A stretch of 64,000 bases of DNA from Brevundimonas sp. GTDB taxonomy: Bacteria; Pseudomonadota; Alphaproteobacteria; Caulobacterales; Caulobacteraceae. The notes below the pieces were generated by a model, which worked only from the letters and a program-made list of their open reading frames with translations, had not been told where the DNA came from and did no database searches. Where the stretch lies: positions 209,787-273,786 of the forward strand of contig NZ_DASYWO010000004.1 of NCBI RefSeq assembly GCF_035935935.1, in the 5' to 3' direction. Both the position numbers and the translations under genes were made by a program. Shown one piece after another: positions 9,233 through 19,973 of the stretch. The stretch's first letter is position 1, and each line of letters starts with the position of its first letter.

Positions 9233-11128
9233 CTACCCCCGGCCGGCCGGGTGGAAAAACGCGTGAATGCGTTCCGCCAGCGCCCGGTTGATGCCCTCGA
9301 CCTTCTCCAGATCCACCACGGACGCCCGGCCCACGCCCTTGGCCGAGCCGAAGGCGTGCAGCAGCGCCTTCTTGCGCCCGGGGCCGACGCCCTCGATCTC
9401 GTCCAGCGGATTGCGCTTGATGTCCATCGACCGCCGCTTGGCGTGCGCCCCGTTGGCGAAACGGTGCGCCTCGTCGCGCAGCCGCTGGATGTAATACAGC
9501 GCCGGCGATTTCAGCGGCAGCATGAACGGCGCCTTGCCCGGGATGATGAACTTCTCCAGCCCCGCGTCGCGGTCAGGACCCTTGGCCACGCCGACGGCCA
9601 GGATGTCCTCCAGCCCCAGCTCGTCCAGCACCGACCGCACGGCGGACAGCTGGCCCAGCCCGCCGTCGATCAGCAGCAGGTCGGGCCGTTCGGGCGCCTC
9701 GCCTTCGTCCTCTTCCTTCACCAGACGGCTGAAGCGGCGGCGCATGACCTCGCGCATCATGCCGAAGTCGTCGCCCGGGCTCAGCTCCTCGCCGCGGATG
9801 TTGAACTTCCGGTACTGGTTCTTTCGGAAGCCCTCGGGCCCGGCCACGACCATGGCGCCGACCGGGTTGGAGCCCTGGATGTGGGCGTTGTCGTAGATCT
9901 CGATCCGCTCCGGTCGTCCCTCCAGACCGAAGGCCTCGCAGACCTCGTCCAGGATCTTCCCCTGCGCCGAGTTCTCCGCCAGCCGTCGCGCCAGCGCCTC
10001 GCGTGCATTGGTCAGGGCGTGGTCCACCAGCGCCTTGCGGTCCCCGCGCTGCGGCCGCTCGATCGAAACGACCCGTCGCCCGTCGTTCCGCCTGGCCATC
10101 ATGGAAAAGGCCTCTTCCAGCAGTTCCTTCTCGAACGGGACGACGTTCGACAGGATTTCCCGCGGGACCGGCTTGTCCTCGTAGAACTGTCCGAGGAACG
10201 AGCCCAGGATGTCGGCGTCCGTGTCCGACCGGTCCACGCGCGGGAAGTAGGCGCGTCCGCCCCAGTTCTGGCCGCCCCGGTAGAAGAAGACCTGCACGCA
10301 GGCCTGGCCGCCGTCCGCGTGCAGGGCGAAGACGTCCGCCTCGGCGACCCCCTCGGCCGACACCGAGTTCTCCATCGAGATCGCCGACAGCGCCCGGATC
10401 CGGTCGCGCACGCGCGCGGCCGTCTCGAAATCCATGTCGTCGCTGGCGGCCTGCATCTCCTTCGACAGCCGGCCGATGACCGCCCGCGACTTGCCACGCA
10501 GGAAGGCCTCGGCCTCGTCGACCAGCCCCGCGTACGCCTCCAGCGAGACCAGTCCGGTGCAGGGCGCCGAACATCTCTTGATCTGATGCAGCATGCAGGG
10601 CCGCGTGCGGCTCTCGTAGACGCTGTCCGAGCACGACCTCAGCAGAAAGGCCTTCTGCAGCGTCGTCAGGGTCCGGTTCACCGCCCAGGTCGAGGCGAAC
10701 GGGCCGAAGTAATCGCCCTTGATCGTATGCGCGCCGCGATGCTTGCGCACCTGCGGCGCCCGGTGATCGCGCCGGATCATCAGCTCGGCGAACGATTTGT
10801 CGTCGCGCAGGACGACGTTGAAGCGCGGCTTCAGCTTCTTGATGAAGTTGGATTCCAGCAGCAGAGCCTCGGTCTCGGTCGCCGTGACCACCAGCTCCAT
10901 CGACCGGGTCAGCGACACCATGTGGGCGATCCGCTGGGTGTGGAAGCGCCCCTGCGCGTACTGCACGATCCGTTTTTTCAGCGACCGCGCCTTGCCGACG
11001 TACAGGCACGTGCCGTCCTCGCCGTACATGCGATAGACGCCGGGCCTGTCAGGGGCCCGACGCGCCTCGTCGCGGATCAGCTCGGCGGCCTTCAGGTCGG
11101 TTTCAGGGGCCGGAATCGCCTCGGTCAT
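9233..11128 (-). CDS. uvrC: excinuclease ABC subunit C
   Basis: N-terminal GIY-YIG motif ([24 protein letters not shown]). 631 aa with a C-terminal HhH region ([13 protein letters not shown]). Confidence 0.95.
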   Translation of the reverse strand: MTEAIPAPETDLKAAELIRDEARRAPDRPGVYRMYGEDGTCLYVGKARSLKKRIVQYAQGRFHTQRIAHMVSLTRSMELVVTATETEALLLESNFIKKLKPRFNVVLRDDKSFAELMIRRDHRAPQVRKHRGAHTIKGDYFGPFASTWAVNRTLTTLQKAFLLRSCSDSVYESRTRPCMLHQIKRCSAPCTGLVSLEAYAGLVDEAEAFLRGKSRAVIGRLSKEMQAASDDMDFETAARVRDRIRALSAISMENSVSAEGVAEADVFALHADGGQACVQVFFYRGGQNWGGRAYFPRVDRSDTDADILGSFLGQFYEDKPVPREILSNVVPFEKELLEEAFSMMARRNDGRRVVSIERPQRGDRKALVDHALTNAREALARRLAENSAQGKILDEVCEAFGLEGRPERIEIYDNAHIQGSNPVGAMVVAGPEGFRKNQYRKFNIRGEELSPGDDFGMMREVMRRRFSRLVKEEDEGEAPERPDLLLIDGGLGQLSAVRSVLDELGLEDILAVGVAKGPDRDAGLEKFIIPGKAPFMLPLKSPALYYIQRLRDEAHRFANGAHAKRRSMDIKRNPLDEIEGVGPGRKKALLHAFGSAKGVGRASVVDLEKVEGINRALAERIHAFFHPAGRG

Positions 11129-11150
11129 CGTCGGCGAATATAGGCGGACC

Positions 11151-11597
11151 TCAGCCGCGCCGCACCAGCAGCATGCCGCCGATCACCATGGCCGTGCCTC
11201 CCAGCCGCGACAGGCTGATCGGCTGACGCGGCACGCCCATCAGGCCGAAATGGTCGACGATCAGGCCCAGCACGAGCTGCCCCGCCACCACCGCCGCCAG
11301 CGACGTGGCCACCCCCAGCTTCGGCGTGGCCCATGCCAGCACGACCACGAACAGCGCGCCGTACAGGCCGCCGATCCAGGCCCAGCCGGGCACCTCCCGC
11401 ACCGCCTGCCCCTCCGGCCGGTGCTGCATGGCCAGTGCCAGCACCAGCAGTGCCGCCGTCCCCACGGTGAACGACACCAGAGCCGCGTTCAGCGGCGTGC
11501 CCAGCCCCTGCGCCAGCCGGGCGTTGGTCGGCCCCTGAACCGCCGCGGCGGCTCCCGCGGCGAAGACGGCGAACATGGCGAAGAGGTTGGCGTTCAT
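11151..11597 (-). CDS. DMT-superfamily membrane protein (YdcZ/DUF606-like)
   Basis: 148 aa with five hydrophobic segments. Sequence is YdcZ-like. Confidence 0.7.
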   Translation of the reverse strand: MNANLFAMFAVFAAGAAAAVQGPTNARLAQGLGTPLNAALVSFTVGTAALLVLALAMQHRPEGQAVREVPGWAWIGGLYGALFVVVLAWATPKLGVATSLAAVVAGQLVLGLIVDHFGLMGVPRQPISLSRLGGTAMVIGGMLLVRRG

Positions 11598-11674
11598 TCA
11601 GTCATCCTTCGGCGTCCGACTTGAACGCACGAAGCGCCGCCGGTATGCCCGCCCGACCCTTCGGAGTTTTTTCC

Positions 11675-11755
11675 ATGCTCGCCCTCTACGTCATCCTCGG
11701 CTTCGTCGCCGTTCTGGCCGCGATCAACTTCTTCGAGTTCGGCCGGGTTGACTGA
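11675..11755 (+). CDS. possible 26-aa single-TM micro-protein
   Basis: My own read: ATG at 11675, MLALYVILGFVAVLAAINFFEFGRVD, TGA at 11753-11755. It overlaps the TTG start of the SDR gene. Speculative. Confidence 0.25.
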   Translation: MLALYVILGFVAVLAAINFFEFGRVD

Positions 11756-12500
11756 GCCCGCCCGCGGGGTCGCGCTCGTCACCGGCGCGGCCCGCCGCAT
11801 CGGGCGCGAGATCGCCCTGCGCGCCGCCCGCGCCGGCTGGGACGTGGCCGTGCACCACGGCTCTTCCGTCGAGGAGGCCGAGGCCGTCGCTGCGGACGTC
11901 CGGAACCTCGGCCGTCGCGCCGCCGTGTTGCAGGCGGACCTGACCGACGTCGCGGCCGCCCATGCCCTGATCGGCCGCGCCGCCGAGGCGCTCGGGCCGG
12001 TCAGCCTGCTGGTGAACAACGCCTCCGTCTTTCAGGAAGACCGGCTCGAGACCGTCACCGGCGACAGCTGGTCGACCCACATGGACGTCAACCTGCGCGC
12101 CCCTGTGTTGCTGGCCCAGGCCTTTGCGGCCCAGGCGCCCGACGGCGCGGCGATCGTCAACCTGCTGGACCAACGCGTGTTGAAGCCCGATCCGCGCTTC
12201 TTCTCCTACGCCCTGTCGCGCGCCGGCCTGCACTGGGCGACGACCACGATGGCGCAGGCGCTGGCGCCGCGCATCCGCGTCAACGCGGTCGCGCCGGGAC
12301 CGACGCTGCAGTCGACGCATCAGTCGGCCGCCGAGTTTGAAGCCGAGTGGTCCAATGTTCCTCTGGAAAAGGCGGTGGATCCGCGGGCCGTCGCCGACGC
12401 CGTGATCTGGCTGGCCGTCGCCGTCCACGTCACCGGTCAGACGATCGCCGTCGATTCCGGTCAGCGGCTGGCCTGGCGCACGCCCGACGTGCAGGACTGA
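11748..12500 (+). CDS. SDR family oxidoreductase (pteridine reductase/FolM-like by context)
   Basis: Rossmann motif TGAARRIG. 250 aa. Lies immediately upstream of folB. Confidence 0.85.
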   Translation: MTEPARGVALVTGAARRIGREIALRAARAGWDVAVHHGSSVEEAEAVAADVRNLGRRAAVLQADLTDVAAAHALIGRAAEALGPVSLLVNNASVFQEDRLETVTGDSWSTHMDVNLRAPVLLAQAFAAQAPDGAAIVNLLDQRVLKPDPRFFSYALSRAGLHWATTTMAQALAPRIRVNAVAPGPTLQSTHQSAAEFEAEWSNVPLEKAVDPRAVADAVIWLAVAVHVTGQTIAVDSGQRLAWRTPDVQD

Positions 12501-12503
12501 CCG

Positions 12504-12875
12504 ATGAGCGAAGATTTCCGCCGCGACGGCCTGACCGTCTTCGTCCGCGGCCTGTCGCTGGCCGCCGAGATCGGCGTCCATCCCCATGAGCGCGGCATCA
12601 CCCAGCCGCTTGACGTCGACGTGACGCTGGAGCTGACGCCCGGCCCGGTGGAGCATCTGTCCGACACGTTGAACTACGAGACGGTGCGCGCAGCCGCGCT
12701 GGATCTGGTGGCCCAGGGCCACATGGAGCTGATCGAGACCTTTGCCGAGCGGCTGGCCCGAGCCTGTCTGATCGACGTCCGGGTCCGCGCCGTCGCCGTG
12801 CGCGTCGAAAAGCCGGGCGCCCTGCGCGGCGCCCAGGCGGCGGGCTGCGAGGTCAGGCTGTCGCGCGCGGGCTGA
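12504..12875 (+). CDS. folB: dihydroneopterin aldolase
   Basis: 123 aa with GVHPHERGITQPLDVDVTL...LNYETV, typical of FolB. Confidence 0.8.
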   Translation: MSEDFRRDGLTVFVRGLSLAAEIGVHPHERGITQPLDVDVTLELTPGPVEHLSDTLNYETVRAAALDLVAQGHMELIETFAERLARACLIDVRVRAVAVRVEKPGALRGAQAAGCEVRLSRAG

Positions 12876-12932
12876 GCGGCGTTGCGCCTGACCGGCCCGC
12901 CCGGCATGATCGCGGCACTGCAAGGGTAGACG

Positions 12933-13538
12933 ATGACCGACACCGGCGACCGCCAGCCTCCGAAAGATCCGACCCCGGATCACGATCCCGACGATCTGGT
13001 CGGCTTCGCCTCGCCCGCCTCGCTGGCCGGTCGTCCCCGCGCGCCGGAACCGCGGCCGGCACCCGGGCCGGACCCCGACCCTGCCCCCCTGTTCGCGCCC
13101 CCCGAGCCCGCAGCGCCCGAGCCGGTCGACGCCCGCGCCGCCTTCGAGCCGACGCCGCCCGCCGCGCCCGAGCCCGCCTTTGGCCGGCGCGATCGCGAGC
13201 CGGCGCCGGAGGCGCCGATGGGCCTCTATGCGATCTACGCCCTGATCCTGTTCGCCGTGCCCACGCTGGGCGTCTCCGCCGTCGTCGGCCTGCTGGCGAT
13301 CCTGTTCGGCGACGCGCCGACGGAGGAGCCGTTCGCGAGCCACCACCTCTATCAGCGCCGCACGCTCTGGACCGCGGCGATCGCGGCCGTGGTGGGCGTG
13401 ATCCTGATCGTGATCAACCTGGGCGTCTTCGTGCTGTTCGTGCTGGTCGGCTGGCTGGTGATCCGCGGGGCGTGGGGCGTCTTCCTGCTGACCCGCGGCC
13501 GCCCGGTGCCCAACCCCCGCGGCTGGTGGGTGGGCTGA
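12933..13538 (+). CDS. membrane protein with Pro-rich N-terminal region
   Basis: 201 aa. The N-terminal ~95 aa are Pro/Ala/Glu-rich, followed by hydrophobic helices. Confidence 0.55.
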   Translation: MTDTGDRQPPKDPTPDHDPDDLVGFASPASLAGRPRAPEPRPAPGPDPDPAPLFAPPEPAAPEPVDARAAFEPTPPAAPEPAFGRRDREPAPEAPMGLYAIYALILFAVPTLGVSAVVGLLAILFGDAPTEEPFASHHLYQRRTLWTAAIAAVVGVILIVINLGVFVLFVLVGWLVIRGAWGVFLLTRGRPVPNPRGWWVG

Positions 13539-13551
13539 TCCGGGCGAAGCC

Positions 13552-14112
13552 TCAGGGCTCCAGCTCGATGTCCCAGTACAGGTAGTCCAGCCAGCTCTGG
13601 TGCAGATAGTTCGGCGGGAAGCGTCTCCCCGCGTCCTGGAGCTGCCAGGCGTTCGGCCGGTGCGGGGCGCGCAGGATCGGCATCCCCGCCTGGGCCGGCG
13701 TCCGCCCGCCCTTCCTCAGGTTGCAGGGGCCGCAGGCGGCGACGATGTTTTCCCAGGTCGTGCGACCGCCCCGGCTGCGCGGCACCACATGGTCGAACGT
13801 CAGCTCCTTCGTCTCGCCGCAGTACTGACAGCGGAAGTCGTCGCGCAGGAAGACGTTGAACCGCGTGAAGGCCGGCGCCCGATCCTGATCGACGTAGCTC
13901 TTCAGCGAGATGACGCTGGGCAGCCGGATCTCGTGCGACGGGCTGCGCACGACCTTGTCGTAGACCGAGACCACGTCGACGCGGTCCTGCCACACGGCCT
14001 TGACGACTTCCTGCCAGGGCCAGATCGACAGCGGATAGTAGGAGAGCGGCCGGAAATCGGCGTTCAGCACCAGGGCCGGCCAACCGGACGGCGGTCGCTC
14101 CGAGACCCGCAT
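13552..14112 (-). CDS. HNH endonuclease
   Basis: CQYCG...DHVVPRSRGGRTTWENIVAACGPCNLRKG: HNH motif with zinc-binding cysteines. Confidence 0.85.
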   Translation of the reverse strand: MRVSERPPSGWPALVLNADFRPLSYYPLSIWPWQEVVKAVWQDRVDVVSVYDKVVRSPSHEIRLPSVISLKSYVDQDRAPAFTRFNVFLRDDFRCQYCGETKELTFDHVVPRSRGGRTTWENIVAACGPCNLRKGGRTPAQAGMPILRAPHRPNAWQLQDAGRRFPPNYLHQSWLDYLYWDIELEP

Positions 14113-14216
14113 CTCAGGTCCCCGGACTTCTTCGGACGTGTGGGCGTGCGTGACTGAAGACGCGTCTCCTCCGACGTCTCCAGCCTACGCCTGATTCGAC
14201 GACGCCGTCATGACGC

Positions 14217-14861
14217 TCAGCCGCGGGCCGGAAAGGCCGGCAGGCTCCACCCCTTGCGCAGGGCGCCGGCGCGCAGGCCGAACCCGAGCAGGGAGCCCAG
14301 TATCGCCGCCGGCCAGTCCCCCAGGCCCAGCCGCGTGGCCGCGACGTAGACGGCCGCCGCCAGAATGGCCGCCGACACCGTGATCTCGCGGCGCAGCAGG
14401 ATCGACGGCTGGCCCGCCAGCAGGTCCCGCACAACGCCTCCGAAGCAGGCGGTCAGGGCCCCCATGACCACGCAGATCAGGGGCGGCACGCCCCAGGCCT
14501 CGGCCTTGGCCGCCCCCAGCACGCCATAGGCCGCCAGCCCGATCGCATCCAGCCACAGCAGGGCGCGGAACCGCCACTCGCGCGCGCCGATCAGCCAGAC
14601 GGCCACCGCGGCCGCGATGCAGACGGCGACGTAGCGCCAGTCGGTCACCCAGAACACCGGCGCCCCGATCAGCAGGTCCCGCAGCGTGCCCCCGCCCACG
14701 CCGGTGATCGCGGCGAAGAAGGCGGCGGTCACCAGATCCTGCTTCAGCCGCGCCGCCGCCAGCGCTCCGGTGGCCGCGAACACCGCCACGCCGGCGAAAT
14801 CCAGCACCGCCAGCAGCCTCTCGGGCGCGACGATTTCCGGCGTCAGAACGGTCGCGGTCAT
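14217..14861 (-). CDS. trimeric intracellular cation channel (UPF0126/YadS) family protein
   Basis: Two Gly-rich repeats, GVGGGTLRDLL and CFGGVVRDLL. Start at MTATVL (ATG at 14861) overlaps the alkA-family stop as ATGA. The rest of the 392-aa track ORF is rejected. Confidence 0.8.
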   Translation of the reverse strand: MTATVLTPEIVAPERLLAVLDFAGVAVFAATGALAAARLKQDLVTAAFFAAITGVGGGTLRDLLIGAPVFWVTDWRYVAVCIAAAVAVWLIGAREWRFRALLWLDAIGLAAYGVLGAAKAEAWGVPPLICVVMGALTACFGGVVRDLLAGQPSILLRREITVSAAILAAAVYVAATRLGLGDWPAAILGSLLGFGLRAGALRKGWSLPAFPARG

Positions 14862-15499
14862 ACGGTAGCGTCTCCCCGTTTCACCAGCCCGTACCACGCC
14901 CACAGCAGATGCGCCGCCACGGCGCGATGCGGCCGCCACGCCTCGGCCCGGGCATAGGCAGCCTTCGCGTTCGGGCGCGCCGCAAGGCCGTCCGCCCACT
15001 TCATCGCCTCCTGAAGCGCGATGTCCCCACCCGGAAACACGTCCAGCCGGCCCTCGCAGAACATCAGGAAGGTCTCGGCCGTCCACAGACCCACGCCCTT
15101 GATGGCCGTCAGCCGCGCCACCGCCTCCGCGTCCGACAGCCGTTCCAGATGATGAAAGTCGATCCGGCCCTCCACCTGCGCCCGTGCGATCTCGTGGGCA
15201 TAGGTCGCCTTCTGGATCGACAGTCCCATGCCGCGAAGCGCGGCGACGTCTCGCGCCATGACGGCTTCGGGGGTCAGCACGCCGTCCAGCCCCTCGACCA
15301 CGCGCTTCCAGATCGCGGCGGCGGAGGCCAGCGACACCTGCTGCTCCACGATCATCCGCAGCAGCCCTGCGAAGCCGCCCGTGCGGGCGCGCCATTCGAA
15401 CGGCGGCACGACGGCGTCCGCCTTGGCCAGCGCCGGGTCGTCGGCCACCAGCGCGGCGCGCGCGGCGGTCAGATCGGTGGGCGTGGGCGGGGCGGGCAT
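14858..15499 (-). CDS. DNA-3-methyladenine glycosylase II family (AlkA-like, HhH-GPD)
   Basis: 213 aa with LTAIKGVGLWTAETFLMF (HhH) followed by a conserved Asp region. Confidence 0.85.
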   Translation of the reverse strand: MPAPPTPTDLTAARAALVADDPALAKADAVVPPFEWRARTGGFAGLLRMIVEQQVSLASAAAIWKRVVEGLDGVLTPEAVMARDVAALRGMGLSIQKATYAHEIARAQVEGRIDFHHLERLSDAEAVARLTAIKGVGLWTAETFLMFCEGRLDVFPGGDIALQEAMKWADGLAARPNAKAAYARAEAWRPHRAVAAHLLWAWYGLVKRGDATV

Positions 15500-15593
15500 T
15501 GCCCCAGCCTTACGCCCTGGCCGCCGGCCCGCAAGCGTCGGCCCGCGCTTTGCGGACCTCGTCGCCCGGCGCGCGGACTGGCATCATCGCGGA

Positions 15594-16448
15594 ATGAGCG
15601 CCTTCACCACCCGCTTCGCGCCCTCGCCGACCGGACGGCTTCATCGTGGCCACGCGCTGTCGGCCCTGACGGCGTGGACCGCCGCGCGGGCCGGGGGAGG
15701 GCGCTTCATCCTCCGTATCGAGGACATCGACCCGACGCGGTGCAGGCCGGAGTTCGAGGCGGGGGTCGTCGAGGACCTGACGTGGCTCGGTCTCGACTGG
15801 GACGGTCCGATCCGGCGGCAGTCGGATCATCTGCAGGACTATGCCGGGGTGGTCGACGTGCTGGGCCGACGGGGTCTGCTCTATCGATGCTTCCGTACAC
15901 GGAAGGACATTCTCGACGCCATCGGCGACGCCCCGCACGGCCCGGCGGAGGCTGCACGACCCGGTCCGCATCCCGCGGAGGAGGAGGCGACGCTGCTGGC
16001 CGAGGGGCGTCCCTTCGCGTGGAGACTGTCGCTGGACCGCGCCCGCGCCGCCCTCGGCGTCCGCGCCTGGTCGCAGCTGGCCTGGGTGGAGGAGGGCGCC
16101 GGGCCGGACGGCGAACGCGGCCTGATCCCGGCACGGCCCGAAACCGCCGGCGACGTCGTGCTGGCGCGCAAGGACGCCGGCACGGCCTATCATCTCGCCG
16201 TCACGCACGACGACGCCCTGCAGGCTGTGACCCACGTGATCCGCGGCCATGACCTGTTCGAGGCCACGCATGTCCAGGTCCTGATCCAGGCCCTGATGGG
16301 CTGGCCCACGCCGACCTACCGACACCACCCCCTTCTGCTCGACGCCTCGGGCCGCCGCCTCGCCAAGCGCGACAAGGCGGAGACGCTGCAGTCGATCCGC
16401 GAACGTGGTGTGGACCCGGCGCGGGTGCGGGCGGAACTCGGGTTCTAG
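15594..16448 (+). CDS. gluQ: tRNA glutamyl-Q(34) synthetase
   Basis: MSAFTTRFAPSPTGRLHRGHA...ILRIEDID. A truncated GluRS-like catalytic domain of ~284 aa with no anticodon-binding domain. Confidence 0.9.
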   Translation: MSAFTTRFAPSPTGRLHRGHALSALTAWTAARAGGGRFILRIEDIDPTRCRPEFEAGVVEDLTWLGLDWDGPIRRQSDHLQDYAGVVDVLGRRGLLYRCFRTRKDILDAIGDAPHGPAEAARPGPHPAEEEATLLAEGRPFAWRLSLDRARAALGVRAWSQLAWVEEGAGPDGERGLIPARPETAGDVVLARKDAGTAYHLAVTHDDALQAVTHVIRGHDLFEATHVQVLIQALMGWPTPTYRHHPLLLDASGRRLAKRDKAETLQSIRERGVDPARVRAELGF

Positions 16449-17104
16449 GCGCACTCCCTCACGCACGCGCGCGCCAGCACCTCGGCGGAGTCGACCAGCG
16501 GCACGCCCACGTCGCCCGGTCTCATGACCAGCGGAATTTCCGTGCAGCCGGCGATCAGCGCCTCGGCCCCGTCGTCGATCAGCGCCTGCGCCAGCGCCCG
16601 CATGTCGGCACGCCGATCCTCGCCAAGGTCGCCGGCCTTGATCTTGAACACCAGATCCAGAAACGCCCGCCGTCGCCCGACCGCGGGCACGACCGGCGTC
16701 AGCCCGCGCCGTTCCAGCTCGGCCACATACAGGTCCTGCCCTCCGGGCGTGGCCAGCACGCCGACCTTCGTCGCGCCTTGCCCCGCCGCCTCAGCCGCCG
16801 TCAGTTCGATCATGTCCAGGAACGGCGCCCCCGCCGCGCGGATGGCGTCGGCATGGGCGTGCGCCGTGTTGCAGGGCATGGCCAGAACTTCCGCCCCCAT
16901 GTCGCGCAGCCGCGCGGCCATGGCCCCCAGCGCCTCCTTCGCGCCGGGCGGATCCCGATGCCGGTTCGGCACCTGCGGGTTCATGTCCATCAGAACGCGG
17001 ACGTGGTCCTCATCCTCGCGCGCGGGCGTCAGCTCAAGGACGCGCTGAAGAAAGGCCACCGTCGCCGCCGGCCCCATGCCGCCGAGAACCCCCAGAACCT
17101 TCAT
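16445..17104 (-). CDS. aspartate/glutamate racemase family protein
   Basis: GVLGGMGPAAT...CNTAH...AGCTEIPLV: the two catalytic Cys motifs. Confidence 0.85.
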   Translation of the reverse strand: MKVLGVLGGMGPAATVAFLQRVLELTPAREDEDHVRVLMDMNPQVPNRHRDPPGAKEALGAMAARLRDMGAEVLAMPCNTAHAHADAIRAAGAPFLDMIELTAAEAAGQGATKVGVLATPGGQDLYVAELERRGLTPVVPAVGRRRAFLDLVFKIKAGDLGEDRRADMRALAQALIDDGAEALIAGCTEIPLVMRPGDVGVPLVDSAEVLARACVRECA

Positions 17105-17141
17105 TCGCCTCGCCCCGATCCGCCTGTCGCCTCATGGCGCG

Positions 17142-17660
17142 CTATCGGCGTCGCCGCGACAGTCCATAGCCGATCAGAACGCCGACGCCGACCACTGCCG
17201 CAAGCGTGCCGATCGCCGCCTCCCGCGCGCGGGCGCGCGGAACCAGGCCCATCTCCACCAGCGGGTTCGGCATCCGTCCGCCCCGCACGTCGTCGATCAG
17301 GCCTTCCACAGTGTCGACGCGATCCGCGGCCATCAGCATCAGCCAGTGGCCCCACTGGCTCTCGCTCAGCCGGAAGGCCCGCCGTCGCATCAGTCCGCTC
17401 AGGCCGCGTGGCGGCAGGGTGGTGCCGACCGAGGCCGGCCGCCGCTGATGCTCGACGGACTGCAGGATTTCGACGTCGGCCGTCTGCGTTTCGGGAGGCG
17501 TCCAGTTCATGCCCGGCCCGTCGTCGCGCGTACGGTCGCGCATCGGCCATGTCGGGTCATTGTCGGGATCCGCGTCCACGCCCCAGCCGGGCACCGTCGC
17601 CGGATCGATGCGCGGGACGGCCGCTGCGGCCGCGGCCTTCGCCTGATCGCTTTGGGTCAT
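17142..17660 (-). CDS. hypothetical protein with C-terminal TM anchor
   Basis: 172-aa ORF just downstream of the Zn-ADH gene on the same strand. No known motif. Confidence 0.5.
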   Translation of the reverse strand: MTQSDQAKAAAAAAVPRIDPATVPGWGVDADPDNDPTWPMRDRTRDDGPGMNWTPPETQTADVEILQSVEHQRRPASVGTTLPPRGLSGLMRRRAFRLSESQWGHWLMLMAADRVDTVEGLIDDVRGGRMPNPLVEMGLVPRARAREAAIGTLAAVVGVGVLIGYGLSRRRR

Positions 17661-17670
17661 CGTCGTCTCC

Positions 17671-18816
17671 TCAGGCGGCGTTCGGGATGAGCACGGGCTT
17701 GATGCAGCCGTCCAGCTTCGACGAGAACAGGTGATAGGCCTCGGCGGCCTCTTCCAGCGGCATCCGGTGGGTGATGATCCCCTTGGGATCGATGCGCCCT
17801 TCCTTCACATGCTCGATCAGGCGCGGCAGCAGCCGCTTCACCGACGCCTGATTGGCCCGGATGGTGATGCCCTTGTTCACGACGTTCCCGATCGGCACGA
17901 CGTTGCCCGTCGGGCCATAGACGCCGACGATGGAAACGACGCCGCCCTTCTTCACCGAGTTGATCGCCCAGTGCAGGGGCACGGCATTGCCCGCCTCCAG
18001 CTTCAGTTTCTTGCCGAAGACGGTGTGCCAGGCGTTGCCGGACGCGTCCGCTCCCACCGCGTCGATGCAGACGTCGGCGCCGATGTCGGTGATCTTCTTC
18101 AGGAACACCACGGGGTCGCCGATTTCCCGGAAGTCGTACACCTCGGCCGGGCAGGAGGTGCGGGCGAACTCCAGACGGTACTCGTGGTGGTCGATCACGA
18201 TGACCCGGCCTGCGCCGAACAGCCAGGCGCTTCGGGCGGCCAGCAGGCCGACGGGTCCGGCGCCGAACACCACCACGGTGTCGCCCGGCTGGATGCCGCC
18301 CATCTCCGCGGCCTGATAGCCGGTCGGCACGACGTCGGTCAGAAGGACGGCGTCCTCGGGGTCCATCCAGTCGGGGATGATCGTCGGCCCGACGTCGGCA
18401 TAGGGCACGCGCACATACTCGGCCTGTCCGCCGTCATAGCCGCCGGCGGTGTGCGAATAGCCGAAGATGCCGCCGACCGCCGTGGTCTGGGGATTGCTCT
18501 CGTGGCAGTTGCCGAACAGGCCCTGCTTGCAGAAGTGGCACTGGCCGCAGGCGATGTTGAACGGCACCAGCACGTGGTCGCCCTTCTGCAGCGTCTCCAC
18601 CGCCGACCCGACCTCCTCGACCACGCCGCAGAACTCGTGCCCGAAGGTCGTCCCCACCCGGGTGTCCGGCACCATGCCATGATAAAGGTGCAGGTCCGAT
18701 CCGCAGATGCAGGAGCGGGTGACCCGCACGACGGCGTCGCGCGGATGCTCGATCCGCGGCATCGGCTTCTCCACGACGCGCACGCGTCGCGGCCCGCGGT
18801 AATCGGTGGCCAGCAT
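17671..18816 (-). CDS. zinc-dependent alcohol dehydrogenase (glutathione-independent formaldehyde dehydrogenase-like)
   Basis: CICGSDLH...GHEFCG zinc-ligand motifs and the GAGPVG Rossmann motif. 381 aa. Confidence 0.9.
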   Translation of the reverse strand: MLATDYRGPRRVRVVEKPMPRIEHPRDAVVRVTRSCICGSDLHLYHGMVPDTRVGTTFGHEFCGVVEEVGSAVETLQKGDHVLVPFNIACGQCHFCKQGLFGNCHESNPQTTAVGGIFGYSHTAGGYDGGQAEYVRVPYADVGPTIIPDWMDPEDAVLLTDVVPTGYQAAEMGGIQPGDTVVVFGAGPVGLLAARSAWLFGAGRVIVIDHHEYRLEFARTSCPAEVYDFREIGDPVVFLKKITDIGADVCIDAVGADASGNAWHTVFGKKLKLEAGNAVPLHWAINSVKKGGVVSIVGVYGPTGNVVPIGNVVNKGITIRANQASVKRLLPRLIEHVKEGRIDPKGIITHRMPLEEAAEAYHLFSSKLDGCIKPVLIPNAA

Positions 18817-18871
18817 CTCGGCTCTCCTGTGCGAGCCGGTCTAACCCGAGGCCTGCGCGGCGGTTCCTACG

Positions 18872-19888
18872 TCAATTTTCGACCGTGCCGCCGTGACCGA
18901 GCGCCCCCTCCAGCACGCTCTGGTAGCCGAACAGCCCCTGCGCCCCGCCGGTGTGCAGGAACACCACCGTCTCGCCCCGGAACTCCGCGGTTCGCGCGAT
19001 CAGGCCCTTCATCGCCTTGGCGGAATAGACGGGGTCCAGCACGATGCCGTCCGTCCGCGCGGCCAGGACCAGGGCGTCGATCACCCCCTGATCCACCAGC
19101 CCATAGCCTTCGCCGACGTAGTCGCAGTCGGCCACCACCATGTCGTCGGTCACCGCGTCCGGCCGGCCCAGAAGGGCGGCGGTCTCGCGCGCCAGCTTCA
19201 GGACCATGGCTTCCTGCCGGGCCTTGGGCGCGCGCACGCCGAAGCCCAGCACCGGCACGTCGGCGCCCATCACCGCCAGCCCCGCCACCAGTCCGCCGTG
19301 CGTGCCCGCGCTGCCCGTCGCCGTCACGATGCGGTCGATCGCCAGATCCAGATCGTCCGCCTGCGTCACGATCTCGCGCGCGCAGTCGACGTAGCCCAGC
19401 GCCCCGATCGGGTTCGAGCCGCCGCCGGGGATGACGTAGGGCCGGCGTCCCTCGCCGCGCAGCCGCGCCGCCTCCGTCTCCAGCTCGGCGTTCATGTCCG
19501 TGCCGGCGTCCACCGTGCGGATCGAGGCCCCGAACAGCTTGTCCAGCAGAACGTTGCCGTTGCCGACGTAGTCCGGCGCCGTCGAGCCCGTCCGGGCCTC
19601 CAGAATGATGGCGCACCCCAAGCCGTGCGCCGCCGCCGCCGCCGCCGTCTGACGCACGTGGTTGGACTGCACGGCCCCCTGCGTCACCAGCACGTCGGCC
19701 CCCTTCTCGAAGGCGTCGCCCAGCAGGAACTCCAGCTTGCGCGTCTTGTTGCCGCCGCCCGCCAGTCCGGTGGCGTCGTCGCGCTTGATCCAGAGATCGA
19801 GGCCCAGTTTTTCACCCAGTCGGGGCAGGGGCTCCAGCGGCGTCGGCAGATGGGCCAGGCGGACGCGGGGAAAGCGGGCGAGGTGCAT
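18872..19888 (-). CDS. D-cysteine desulfhydrase / ACC deaminase family PLP enzyme
   Basis: LWIKRDDATGLAGGGNKTRKLEF (PLP Lys motif). 338 aa. Confidence 0.85.
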   Translation of the reverse strand: MHLARFPRVRLAHLPTPLEPLPRLGEKLGLDLWIKRDDATGLAGGGNKTRKLEFLLGDAFEKGADVLVTQGAVQSNHVRQTAAAAAAHGLGCAIILEARTGSTAPDYVGNGNVLLDKLFGASIRTVDAGTDMNAELETEAARLRGEGRRPYVIPGGGSNPIGALGYVDCAREIVTQADDLDLAIDRIVTATGSAGTHGGLVAGLAVMGADVPVLGFGVRAPKARQEAMVLKLARETAALLGRPDAVTDDMVVADCDYVGEGYGLVDQGVIDALVLAARTDGIVLDPVYSAKAMKGLIARTAEFRGETVVFLHTGGAQGLFGYQSVLEGALGHGGTVEN

Positions 19889-19973
19889 GGGGGCTCCTTG
19901 GGATCAGGCGTCCCGCTTAGCACCGTGCCGGACGGGACGGGAGCCTCCGGCGCCCTTCAAGCGTTGCCGTCGG

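Noticed and set aside
14217-15395. 392-aa ORF, and likewise the 765-aa ORF 38517-40814 and the 391-aa ORF 1340-2515, taken at full length
   Set aside because: The N-terminal extensions overlap well-supported genes (alkA-family, glpK, Lrp/AsnC) and are low-complexity. Internal starts with ATGA coupling or a sensible N-terminus give proteins of family-typical length.
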